From assembly GCF_003696345.1 (NCBI RefSeq), contig NZ_RFLX01000026.1, positions 1 to 49,077 of the forward strand: a stretch of DNA of 49,077 nt. The letters are read 5' to 3'. Below the pieces are notes generated by a model. The model searched no databases. It saw only the letters and a list, made by a program, of their open reading frames with translations, and was not told where the DNA came from. The translations under genes were made by a program, and so were the position numbers. Of this stretch, positions 1 through 8,690 are shown one piece after another. Positions within the stretch are counted from its first letter, which is position 1. Each line of letters starts with the position of its first letter. Origin of the DNA: Teichococcus wenyumeiae (lineage in GTDB: Bacteria > Pseudomonadota > Alphaproteobacteria > Acetobacterales > Acetobacteraceae).

Positions 1-96
1 GGCATCCAAACTGCAGGGACAGAGACCCGACCCGTAACTTCCCGGGCCTCCACCTCCAAGCCGCCAGTCCGTGCAACAAGGTTACGCAACGCAACA

Positions 97-152
97 AACA
101 TGTAAATGTTACCCTTTCCTAAGGCACCGAAGCCTGTCTATCTTCATCTATC
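97..152 (+). promoter_or_regulatory. candidate promoter/operator upstream of the first PKS gene
   Basis: The only stretch in the window with lower GC content. Inverted repeat AACAT-gtaa-ATGTT at 97-110. Tandem CGCAA repeat at 86-95. Direct repeat TCTATC at 137-142 and 147-152, one helical turn apart. No sigma-factor consensus could be assigned with confidence. Confidence 0.25.
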
Positions 153-154
153 GT

Positions 155-164
155 AAGGTAGAGG
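155..164 (+). promoter_or_regulatory. ribosome binding site (AAGGTAGAGG) for the PKS gene
   Basis: Purine-rich Shine-Dalgarno-like sequence 7 nt upstream of the GTG at 172. An in-frame TAA at 154-156 excludes any start further upstream. Confidence 0.5.
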
Positions 165-171
165 CTCCTCA

Positions 172-1830
172 GTGTCTGTTGGCGTGTACCAGACTGAACT
201 GCGGGCTTGGACCCATGGTGGATGTTTGCAAGCGCTGCCAGGCGCGCCAGCTAATCTGGCGGCCGCACTGCGACAGGCGGCCCAAAGCGGCGCAGGCATC
301 TTCTATGCCGAAGACCATCGTCAGCAATCTTATGCCGAGCTTCTTCAGCAAGCCTCAAGTATAGCTGGAAGCTTGAGAGCGCAAGGACTACGCGACGGGG
401 AACCCGTTGTTCTGCAACTGGACAACGCGGCGGATGTTTTGCCGGCAGTATGGGCCTGTTTTCTGCACGGTTATACGGCAGTGCCGGTCGCCCCTGTTGC
501 CGAGTTCACCAACGGACATGCCGAGGCCCGCCGGTTGCGGGCGGCCATTGATGTTCTGAACGATCCGCTGGTCGTGGTGCCTGATGACAGGCTTGAGGAA
601 TGGCGCGGTAGAAACGTGGGCTCGCGCGTGGTGTCTCTGCGGGAGCTACGTCAGGACAGCGCGAAGGAAAGGCCGAAAGAGCCGGGTCCGGAAAGCCCTG
701 CGCTTCTTCTGTTGACCTCAGGAAGCACGGGCACTCCGAAGGGCGTGCCGCTGACCCATGCGAACCTGCTGGCCATGGCTGCCGGCACGGCGCAGATGAA
801 CGGCTTCGGCGCGGCGCACGCTGCCTTGAACTGGATGCCGCTGGACCATGCCGGCGCCCTGATATTCCTGAGCGTCATGCCGGTCCTGCTGGGCGCCAGC
901 CAGGTACACATACCGACCCGGCGGGTGGTGGAACGCCCCCTGCTCTGGCTGGAACTGATTGCCCGGCACCGTGCGGCTATCTCCTGGGCTCCGAATTTTG
1001 CCTTCTCGCTCATCAACAATGCGGCGGAGGAACTGCAACGGGCGGCGTTGGACCTGTCGTGTCTGCGATTTCTGGTGAATGCCGGCGAACAGGTGACGGC
1101 CAGAACCGCTCTGGACTTCCTGACGCTCCTGGCACCCTACGGCGTGCCGCAGGACGTGCTGCGACCGGCCTTCGGCATGTCGGAAACTTGCTCCGGCATC
1201 ACTTGGTCGGCTGGCCTGACGCCGGCATGCCTGGCACAGGAGGGTTCCTATGTTTCCTTGGGACGTCCCATTCCCGGCGCGGAGATCCGCATTACCTGCG
1301 AGGACGGCGCGGTCCTGGCGGAAGGGGAGGTCGGTCGGCTGGAACTGCGCGGTGCATCCGTCATCACCGGCTACCACGCGAACCCTGCCGCCGATGCGGA
1401 AGCCTTCACCGATGATGGCTGGTTCCGCAGCGGCGATCTCGGCTTCATCCGTGACGGCGAGCTGTACCTGACCGGCAGGGAAAAAGAGGAGCTGGCCATC
1501 AACGGCCGTAAGGTACCCCTTCACGACGTGGAAGCCAGCGTCGCGATGGTGCCCGGCGTCATGCCTGCCTTTACCTGCGCCTTCGGCGTCAGGCAGGCAG
1601 ATACGGACGGGCTTGTTGTCACCTTCTGCGCGGAGGAGCGGGACCAGGCGGCATGGCCCGCCCTGGTCCGGGCAATCCGGGCCCACCTCGTGCGCGACAT
1701 GAGATTGTCGCCGGTCCAGGTCGTCCCTCTCGCTGCCAGTGATGTTCCGAAATCCAGCATCGGCAAGATCCAGCGCCGCAGCCTCCAGGCCAGCTATATG
1801 GCTGGGAACTTCACCGAGGTCACGAACCGG
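172..1830 (+). other. FAAL (fatty acyl-AMP ligase) loading domain
   Basis: LLLLTSGSTGTPKGVPLTHANL and YLTGREKEEL. Adenylate-forming fold followed directly by an ACP. Coordinates are approximate. Confidence 0.8.
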
Positions 1831-4800
1831 TTCGACACCGCGCCCGGGCGCGCCGCCGCCGGAACGCCGCTCTCCGCTGTCGAGGAGCGCGTGGCCGCAA
1901 TCTGGAGAGCCGTGCTCGACCTGCAGCATGTCGGGCGGGACGAGAACTTCTTCGATCTTGGCGGGCACTCGCTGCTGCTGATCAAGGCCCAGTCGATGCT
2001 GGAGGCCGCCTTCGGGCCCGTGACACTGGGCGACTTGTTCGCGCATTCCACCGTGGCCATGCAGGCCCGCTTCCTGTCAGGCACGAAGGAGGACGTGGTG
2101 CCGCGCCCGGTCCGTCGCAGCGCCGACGGCCGTCGCGTCGACATCGCGGTGATCGGCATGGCCTGCCGCTTCCCCGGTGCCGACACCATTGATGAATTCT
2201 GGCGCAATCTCCGCGACGGCGTGGAATCCATCCGCACCTTCACGGCGGCCGAGGCGGTGAGGGAGGGTGCCGACCCGCGCTCCGCGCAGCAGCCGGGCTA
2301 CGTCGCGGCGAGCCCGGTGTTGAACGACGCCGCCGGGTTCGACGCCACCTTCTTCGGCCTGACGGATCGCGAGGCGGAGCTGATGGACCCGCAGCACCGC
2401 CTGTTCTTGGAATGCTGCTGGGAAGCCATGGAGGATGCGGGGCAGGACACGCTGTCCGCTCCCGGCAGCGTCGGCGTCTATGCCGGCGCGAGCATGAACA
2501 CCTATCTGCTGAACAACGTCCTGCCTGCCCGCGCCGGGCTGGACCCGCAGGACGACCTGCGCAGCGTTACCCTGGATTCCATGGGCGGCTTCCAACTGAT
2601 GGTGGCCAACGACAAGGACTATCTGGCCAGCCGCGTTTCCTACAAGCTCAACTTGCGCGGCCCCAGCATCAACACCCAGACCGCCTGTTCAACCGGCCTC
2701 GTGGTCATCCATCAGGCCGTGCAGAGCCTGTTGGCGGGCGAGTGCGATATGGCCATCGCCGGCACCTCCTCCGTACAGGCGCCGCAGCTGGCCGGGCATC
2801 TGCACCAGGAGGGCATGATCGTGGCACCGGACGGGCACTGCCGCGCCTTCGACGCCGATGCCCGCGGCACCATCTTCGGCAGCGGCGTCGGCGCGGTGGT
2901 GCTGAAGCGGCTGGACGATGCCCTGGCCGCCGGCGACCGCGTGCTCGCGGTGGTGAAAGGCACGGCGGTCAACAATGACGGCCTGCGCAAGGTCGGCTAC
3001 ATGGCGCCGAGTGAGGCCGGCGAGAGTGAGGTCGTGCGTGCCGCGCTGGATGTGGCCGGCGTTCCAGCCGACAGCATCGGCTTCGTGGAAGCGCACGGCA
3101 CGGGCACCGAGATCGGCGACCCCATCGAGGTGGCGAGCCTGACCCGTGCCTGGCGGCATGACACCACGCGAACCGGCTTCTGCGCGCTGGGCTCCGTGAA
3201 GACCAACATCGGCCATCTGCAGATCTCGTCGGGCATCGCCGGCTTCATCAAGGCGGTGCTGGTGCTGCAGCACCGGCAGATCCCGCCCACCCTGCACTAC
3301 CGGCGGCCCAACCCCGCCATTGCCTTCGAGCGCACGCCCTTCTTTGTCAACACGGAAGCGCTGCACTGGGTGGAATCGGAAACGCCGCGCCGCGCGGGCG
3401 TCAACTCGCTCGGCATCGGCGGCACCAACGCGCATGTGATCCTGGAGGAAGCGCCGGCCCGGCCGCGCCGTGCCGCCGGCGACACGCGGGAATGGTATCT
3501 GCTGCCGCTCTCCGCCCGCTCGCCCGCTGCCCTGGCCGCGCTGCTGGCGCGCTATCGCGACAGGCTGCTGGCTGACCCGGCGCTGGACTGCGCCGACCTG
3601 TGCTACAGCGCCGCCACCGGACGCCACCATTTCGCCCACCGCTTTGCCGCCGTCTTCACCGGGCGGGACACGTTGCTGGCGGCGCTCGACGCCGCCCTGG
3701 CCGGCCCGCCGGACACCGCCCGGGCACCGGTGGGCGATGTCGCGTTCCTGTTTACCGGCCAGGGCGCCCAGCACACCGGCATGGCGCTGGGCCTTTACCG
3801 GGAGGAACCGGTTTTCCGCGATGCGCTGGACCGTTGCGCGGCGCTGCTGCGGGCCGAAGACGGGTTCGACCTTCCGGCGGCGCTGCAGGGCGAGGCGCTG
3901 GGCGAGACCGCGCAGGCCCAGCCAGCCCTGTTCGCGGTGGAATACGCGCTGGCGACGCTCTGGCAGGCATGGGGGCTGCGCCCCGCGGCGCTGCTGGGCC
4001 ACAGCCTGGGCGAATACGTCGCCGCCTGTCTCGCCGGTGTGTTCAGCCTGGAGGACGGCCTGCGCCTCGTGGCGGCCCGCGCGCGCCTGATGCAGGCCCT
4101 GCCGCGGGACGGGGCGATGATATCCCTGTCGGCCGATCCTGACCGGGTGCGGGCCGCGCTGGCGCCGTACCGCGACACGGTGTCAGTCGCCGCGCTGAAT
4201 GGTGCGGCCAGCACAGTGGTGTCCGGCCGCGCGGCGGACGTGGCCGCGCTGGCCGCGCGGCTGGAAGCGGATGGCGTGCAAGGCATCGCGCTTCGCACCT
4301 CCCACGCCTTCCACTCGCCGCTGATGCGGCCGATGCTGGAGGCCTTCCGCGCGGTGCTGGCGACGGTGACGCTGCGGCCGCCATCCCTGCCCTTGGTGTC
4401 GAACCTGACCGGCGCGGTGGAAACCGCCTTGTTCACCGAGCCGGACTACTGGCTGCGTCACGTGATGGAGCCTGTGCGCTTCGCGCAGGGCGTCGCCACC
4501 CTGGAAGCGCTGGGATGCGCCACGCTGGTGGAGATCGGCCCCAGGCCGGTGCTGGCCGGGCTGGTGCGCGGCAGCGCTTGCGTTTTGCCGTCCCTCCGCC
4601 CTGGTGTGGCCGATGCGCGGCAGATGCTGGAGAGCCTGGCGGAACTGTACCGGCGCGGCCTGACGGTCCACTGGGACGCGCTGCACGACGCCACCCTGCG
4701 GCAACGCGTCCCACTGCCGTCCTACCCCTTCCAGCATCGCCGGTACTGGATCGAGCCGCGGCCCCAGGCGCCTCAGGCGCAGGATGCCGCGCTGCATCCC

Positions 4801-7800
4801 CTCGCGCATCGCCGCCTGCGCCTGCCGGGCCTGCCGCATTCGGTGTTCGAGACCACGCTGGAGGCCCGGCGCCTGCCGCTGCTGGAGCACCACCGGGTGC
4901 ATGGGCGCGTGCTGGTCGCGGGGGCCGGGTACCTGTCCATGCTGCTGGCCGGCGCCGCCCTGCTGACGGGCCGGGAAGCCCAGGTGCTGCGCGAGGTATC
5001 CTTTGTGGAGCCGCTGTTGCTGCCGGAGCATGGCGGCTGGACCGTGCAGATGCAGTTCCTGCCCCTGCCGCAGGGGCAGGAAGCGCGTCTGGTGGGCTTC
5101 GACGCCGCCGCGGAGGAGGGCGACCACCGCCTGCACGTCACCGCCACCCTGGCGGCGGATGTCGCCCCGCCGCCCGCGCCGCCGGATTTCGCCGCGCTGC
5201 GGGAACGCTGTCCCCGGTTGCTGGAAGCCGCGACGCTCTACGCGCGGCTGGCCGACCGGCACATCGCCCTCGGCCCACAGTTCCGCTGGCTGGAACGGAT
5301 CTGGCTCGGGCAGGATGAGGCGGTGTTCGAGGTGGCGCCGCCTTCCGGCGAGGCCGTGGACCCTGCCTTCCAGTTGCACCCGGGCCTGCTGGATTCCCTG
5401 TTGCAGCCGGCCCTGGCCGTGCTGGCGATGGGGCAGGGGAACGACACCTACGTGCCCGTGGCGCTGGAATCATTCCGTTTCCACGCCCGCCCCGCGGCCT
5501 TTCCGTTGCGCGGATATGTGCGCCGGCGCGGCGCGGCGCAGGATCTGGCGGACATCCTCGTCTGCGATGCCACGGATGCCTGCGTGGCAGAGGTGCACGG
5601 CTTCGAGTTCCGCCGGCTGGATGCGGGCAGGGTGGGCGCGGCATCCCCGCTGGATGCGGCGCTCTACGCCGTGGCCTGGGACGAATGCCCCGCTCCGGCG
5701 GCGGCAGCGGCGGAGTTTCCCGCTCCTGCTGTTCTGATGGCCGATGATGCGGTGCTGCGCCATGGACTGGATGCGCCCCTGGCGGCGGTCAACAGCCCCC
5801 GCTACCAGCAGCAGTCCGAGGACCTGGAGGCGCTCGGCCTCGCCTACCTGGTCGAGGCCTTCAAGGAAGTCGGCGCCCTGCCGCAGCCGGGTGCCTGGCG
5901 CGGCACCGAGGAGATCGCGCGGCGGCTGGCGCTGGTTCCGGGTCAGGACCGCCTGCTGCGGCGGCTGCTGCACATCCTGGAACGGCATGGCCGCCTGCTC
6001 GGGCGCGACGGGGGATGGGAAGCGCTGGAATGCCCGCCCGCCCTGTCCTCCGCCGCGCAGCGGGCGCGGGTCGAGGCGCGGCACGGCACGGCGGCGGAAG
6101 CAGAGCTGGCGCTGCTGGCCGCCTGCGGCACGCAACTCGGTGCCATCCTGCGCGGGGAGGCGGACCCGCTGGAGGCGCTGTTCCCGGGCGGAGACCTCGG
6201 CCCCGCCACGCGCCTGTACCAGGATTCCGCCGGCTTCGGCGCGTTGAACGGCCTTGTGGCCAATCTGGTTGAGAGGCTGGCCCAGGGCCTGCCGGCCGGC
6301 CGGCGCCTGCGCATCCTGGAAGTCGGCGCCGGCACGGGGGCCACCAGCCACTACGTGCTGCGGCGGCTGGACGCGGCCCGGGTGGACTACGTGTTCACCG
6401 ACGTATCGCCCCTGTTCCTGGCGCGGGCGCGCGGCAAGTTCGCGGCCTGGCCCGGCATGGACTACCGCCTGCTGGACATCGAGCGCGACCCGGCGGAGCA
6501 GGGCATCGAGCCCGGCAGCGTGGATCTCGTGATCGCCGCCAACGTGCTGCACGCCACGCGGGACCTGTCCGAGACCCTGGCCCATGTGCGTCGCATGCTG
6601 CGGCCCGGGGGGCACCTGGCGCTGCTGGAGGTGAACGAGCCCACCGTTCCGGTGGACCTGACCTTCGGCCTGCTGGAAGGCTGGTGGCGCTTCAGCGATA
6701 CGGCGCTGCGTCCGGCCTACCCGTTGCTGTCGCGCCGTCAGTGGCTGGCGCTGCTGCGGGCGCAGGGCTTCGCCACGGCCGCCGCCGCGCCGCTGGAGAT
6801 TCCGACGCCGGGCGGGCTGCAGAGCGTGATTCTCGCGCAGGCGGACGGCGTTGCGCCGCAACGCCCTGGCGCATGGGCCGTGCTGGGCGGGGCAGGGCCG
6901 GCGGGGGCACTGGCCACCGCGCTGGCGGCCGCGGGCGCCGAAGCGCGCCCGATGTCCGAAGCCGCGCTGGATGCCGCCCTGGTGGGCGGGGATGCGCTGC
7001 GCGGCATCGTGCTGGTCGTGACGCCCGGGGAGGCGGCCGCTGCGGCATGTACCGCCGCGATCCGGCTGTTGCGGGCGCAGTTGCGCGCCGGCACGTCGCA
7101 CCCCGTGCATCTGGTGACACGCGGCGCGCTGGAAGATCCGGCGCAAGCCACGTTGCAGGGCCTGGGTCGCGTGCTCTTCGCCGAGCATCCGGACATGGCC
7201 GGCAACCTGATCGACCGCGATCCGGACGAACAGGGCGACACCATGGCCGTTCTGGCCTCCCTGCTGCTGGAAGGGCGGGCGGAAGACGAGCTGGCCCTGC
7301 GCGGCGGCCGCGTGCTGGCCGCGCGGCTGCGGCCGCTGCCCGCGCCGCGACCCGCCAGTATGCCGCTGCGGGCCGATGGCACATACCTGATCACCGGCGG
7401 CCTCGGCGGCATTGGCCTGCGCCTCGCCACCGCGCTGGTGGCGCGGGGTGCGCGCCACCTGCTGCTGCTGGGCCGCGGCGCACCGGACGCGGCGGCGCAG
7501 GCCGCGATCGACGCCCTGGCCGCGCGCGGGGTGCGCGTCCGCACGGCGCAGGCGGATGTGGCGGATGCCGCGGCCCTGGCGGCTGTGCTGGCGCAGGGGG
7601 AAGAGGAGCCGCCGCTGCGCGGCGTCTTCCATCTCGCCGGCGTGCTGCACCAGGGGGTCCTGGCGCAACTGTCACCGGATGCCTTCGCCACGGCGACCGC
7701 CGCCAAGATCGAAGGAGCATTGCATCTGGACCGCCTGACGCGGGCGGCGCCGCTGGAGCATTTCGTGCTGTTCTCCTCGGCTGCCGCGCTGCTGGGCCTG

Positions 7801-8475
7801 CCGGGGCAGGGTGCCTACGCAGCCGCCAACGCGGCGCTCGACGCGCTGGCACGCCGGCGCCGTGCCGCGGGCCTGCCCGCTCTCAGCATCGGCTGGGGGC
7901 GGTGGTCGGAGGTTGGCATGGTGGCGTCCGATGCCGTGCGGCTGGAGGCTGCGGGCCATGGCGCCATTGTTCCCGATGCCGGTCTGGCGCTGCTGGAACG
8001 GATCTCCGATGGCCCTGCCCACCAGGCGGTGCTGCCGGCGGACTGGCCGCGCCTGCTGGCCGGACTGCCGCGACGCCCCACGCTGCTGGCGGAGCTGGAA
8101 CGCCCGGCGCCGCAACCGGTGTTCCAACCGGCGCCGCCCGCGCCCGCTGTTCCTGCCGGGCCGGCGCCAGGGGGCATGATGGGCTACCTCGTGGCTGAGC
8201 TGCAGCGGATCACCGGCGCGGCCATGCCGCCGCCGGCCACCAGCACCTTGCTGGAACTGGGGCTCGACTCGCTGATGAGCATCAACCTGCGCAACCGCAT
8301 CGCGCGCGAGGTGGGCGTGAACCTGCCGCTGGGCACGCTGATGGATGCCACCCTGCGGCAGCTCGCGGCGGAGCTGGAAGCGCGCGCCGACCTGGCGGGC
8401 CGTATCCGCATGGATGCCGGCCCCGTGCCGGCCGAAGCCGGCGACGCTCCCATGGAAGAGGATATCCTCCTATAA
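172..8475 (+). CDS. hybrid fatty-acyl-AMP ligase / type I PKS module: FAAL-ACP-KS-AT-DH-cMT-KR-ACP
   Basis: 2767-aa ORF with a GTG start. Motifs read: FAAL LLLLTSGSTGTPKG; ACP FFDLGGHSLL; KS DIAVIGMACRFPGA, TACSTG, EAHGTGT, NIGHLQ; AT GHSLGEY with HAFH (malonyl-type); DH HxxxGxxxxA, GPQF and DxxxQ; cMT LEVGAGTG; KR YLITGGLGGIG; ACP LGLDSL. The C-terminal tail is ...MEEDILL. Confidence 0.92.
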   Translation: MSVGVYQTELRAWTHGGCLQALPGAPANLAAALRQAAQSGAGIFYAEDHRQQSYAELLQQASSIAGSLRAQGLRDGEPVVLQLDNAADVLPAVWACFLHGYTAVPVAPVAEFTNGHAEARRLRAAIDVLNDPLVVVPDDRLEEWRGRNVGSRVVSLRELRQDSAKERPKEPGPESPALLLLTSGSTGTPKGVPLTHANLLAMAAGTAQMNGFGAAHAALNWMPLDHAGALIFLSVMPVLLGASQVHIPTRRVVERPLLWLELIARHRAAISWAPNFAFSLINNAAEELQRAALDLSCLRFLVNAGEQVTARTALDFLTLLAPYGVPQDVLRPAFGMSETCSGITWSAGLTPACLAQEGSYVSLGRPIPGAEIRITCEDGAVLAEGEVGRLELRGASVITGYHANPAADAEAFTDDGWFRSGDLGFIRDGELYLTGREKEELAINGRKVPLHDVEASVAMVPGVMPAFTCAFGVRQADTDGLVVTFCAEERDQAAWPALVRAIRAHLVRDMRLSPVQVVPLAASDVPKSSIGKIQRRSLQASYMAGNFTEVTNRFDTAPGRAAAGTPLSAVEERVAAIWRAVLDLQHVGRDENFFDLGGHSLLLIKAQSMLEAAFGPVTLGDLFAHSTVAMQARFLSGTKEDVVPRPVRRSADGRRVDIAVIGMACRFPGADTIDEFWRNLRDGVESIRTFTAAEAVREGADPRSAQQPGYVAASPVLNDAAGFDATFFGLTDREAELMDPQHRLFLECCWEAMEDAGQDTLSAPGSVGVYAGASMNTYLLNNVLPARAGLDPQDDLRSVTLDSMGGFQLMVANDKDYLASRVSYKLNLRGPSINTQTACSTGLVVIHQAVQSLLAGECDMAIAGTSSVQAPQLAGHLHQEGMIVAPDGHCRAFDADARGTIFGSGVGAVVLKRLDDALAAGDRVLAVVKGTAVNNDGLRKVGYMAPSEAGESEVVRAALDVAGVPADSIGFVEAHGTGTEIGDPIEVASLTRAWRHDTTRTGFCALGSVKTNIGHLQISSGIAGFIKAVLVLQHRQIPPTLHYRRPNPAIAFERTPFFVNTEALHWVESETPRRAGVNSLGIGGTNAHVILEEAPARPRRAAGDTREWYLLPLSARSPAALAALLARYRDRLLADPALDCADLCYSAATGRHHFAHRFAAVFTGRDTLLAALDAALAGPPDTARAPVGDVAFLFTGQGAQHTGMALGLYREEPVFRDALDRCAALLRAEDGFDLPAALQGEALGETAQAQPALFAVEYALATLWQAWGLRPAALLGHSLGEYVAACLAGVFSLEDGLRLVAARARLMQALPRDGAMISLSADPDRVRAALAPYRDTVSVAALNGAASTVVSGRAADVAALAARLEADGVQGIALRTSHAFHSPLMRPMLEAFRAVLATVTLRPPSLPLVSNLTGAVETALFTEPDYWLRHVMEPVRFAQGVATLEALGCATLVEIGPRPVLAGLVRGSACVLPSLRPGVADARQMLESLAELYRRGLTVHWDALHDATLRQRVPLPSYPFQHRRYWIEPRPQAPQAQDAALHPLAHRRLRLPGLPHSVFETTLEARRLPLLEHHRVHGRVLVAGAGYLSMLLAGAALLTGREAQVLREVSFVEPLLLPEHGGWTVQMQFLPLPQGQEARLVGFDAAAEEGDHRLHVTATLAADVAPPPAPPDFAALRERCPRLLEAATLYARLADRHIALGPQFRWLERIWLGQDEAVFEVAPPSGEAVDPAFQLHPGLLDSLLQPALAVLAMGQGNDTYVPVALESFRFHARPAAFPLRGYVRRRGAAQDLADILVCDATDACVAEVHGFEFRRLDAGRVGAASPLDAALYAVAWDECPAPAAAAAEFPAPAVLMADDAVLRHGLDAPLAAVNSPRYQQQSEDLEALGLAYLVEAFKEVGALPQPGAWRGTEEIARRLALVPGQDRLLRRLLHILERHGRLLGRDGGWEALECPPALSSAAQRARVEARHGTAAEAELALLAACGTQLGAILRGEADPLEALFPGGDLGPATRLYQDSAGFGALNGLVANLVERLAQGLPAGRRLRILEVGAGTGATSHYVLRRLDAARVDYVFTDVSPLFLARARGKFAAWPGMDYRLLDIERDPAEQGIEPGSVDLVIAANVLHATRDLSETLAHVRRMLRPGGHLALLEVNEPTVPVDLTFGLLEGWWRFSDTALRPAYPLLSRRQWLALLRAQGFATAAAAPLEIPTPGGLQSVILAQADGVAPQRPGAWAVLGGAGPAGALATALAAAGAEARPMSEAALDAALVGGDALRGIVLVVTPGEAAAAACTAAIRLLRAQLRAGTSHPVHLVTRGALEDPAQATLQGLGRVLFAEHPDMAGNLIDRDPDEQGDTMAVLASLLLEGRAEDELALRGGRVLAARLRPLPAPRPASMPLRADGTYLITGGLGGIGLRLATALVARGARHLLLLGRGAPDAAAQAAIDALAARGVRVRTAQADVADAAALAAVLAQGEEEPPLRGVFHLAGVLHQGVLAQLSPDAFATATAAKIEGALHLDRLTRAAPLEHFVLFSSAAALLGLPGQGAYAAANAALDALARRRRAAGLPALSIGWGRWSEVGMVASDAVRLEAAGHGAIVPDAGLALLERISDGPAHQAVLPADWPRLLAGLPRRPTLLAELERPAPQPVFQPAPPAPAVPAGPAPGGMMGYLVAELQRITGAAMPPPATSTLLELGLDSLMSINLRNRIAREVGVNLPLGTLMDATLRQLAAELEARADLAGRIRMDAGPVPAEAGDAPMEEDILL
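1870..2090 (+). other. ACP (loading carrier domain)
   Basis: FFDLGGHSLLLIKAQ, with the Ser codon near 1969-1971. Confidence 0.75.
2140..3460 (+). other. KS domain
   Basis: DIAVIGMACRFPGA start. Active-site TACSTG with the Cys codon at 2677-2679. EAHGTGT and NIGHLQ His motifs are present. Confidence 0.85.
3730..4640 (+). other. AT domain (malonyl-specific)
   Basis: GHSLGEY at 3997-4017, a HAFH specificity motif, and the YPFQHRRYW post-AT linker. Confidence 0.8.
4790..5640 (+). other. DH domain
   Basis: HRVHGRVLVAGAGY (an HxxxGxxxxA variant), LADRHIALGPQF, and LLDSLLQ (DxxxQ). Confidence 0.65.
5950..6720 (+). other. C-methyltransferase domain
   Basis: LRILEVGAGTGATS SAM-binding motif at about 6316-6345, and DLVIAANVLHAT. 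Confidence 0.75.
6900..7950 (+). other. KR domain
   Basis: GTYLITGGLGGIGL Rossmann motif at about 7384-7419, and the catalytic region SSAAALLGLPGQGAYAAANA. No LDD motif was seen. Confidence 0.75.
8200..8410 (+). other. ACP domain
   Basis: LELGLDSLMSINLRNR. Confidence 0.75.
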
Positions 8476-8480
8476 CGCCC

Positions 8481-8690
8481 CTGGATGATCTTCTGGCCGA
8501 GCTGGCCGCCCGTGGCCTGCGGCTGGCGGCGGAAGGCGGGCAGTTGCGCGTGCGCGGCCCCCGTGGCGCGGTGGACGACGCGCTGCGCCAGCGGCTCATG
8601 GCCGCCAAGGACGCCTTGCTGGCCTACCTGGAGCGGGACGCCATCACCGAAGACGCGCTGCCCCGCGTGGTGCCGGACCCGGCGCGGCGG
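8481..8690 (+). other. TubC-like N-terminal docking domain
   Basis: LLAELAARGLRLAAEGGQLRVRGPRGAVDDALRQRLMAAKDALLAYL. The same fold pattern is seen at the N-termini of the genes starting at 19489 and 24048. Confidence 0.6.

Noticed and set aside
71-364. 97-aa ORF overlapping the cluster leader and the FAAL start
   Set aside because: It is out of frame with the FAAL gene and has no motifs. The region is better explained as leader plus RBS plus the GTG-172 start.
8544-8546. TTG start given by the ORF track for the Cy-A-Ox-PCP gene
   Set aside because: It would truncate an otherwise complete docking-domain fold encoded in the same open frame from about 8481. It is kept only as an alternative.
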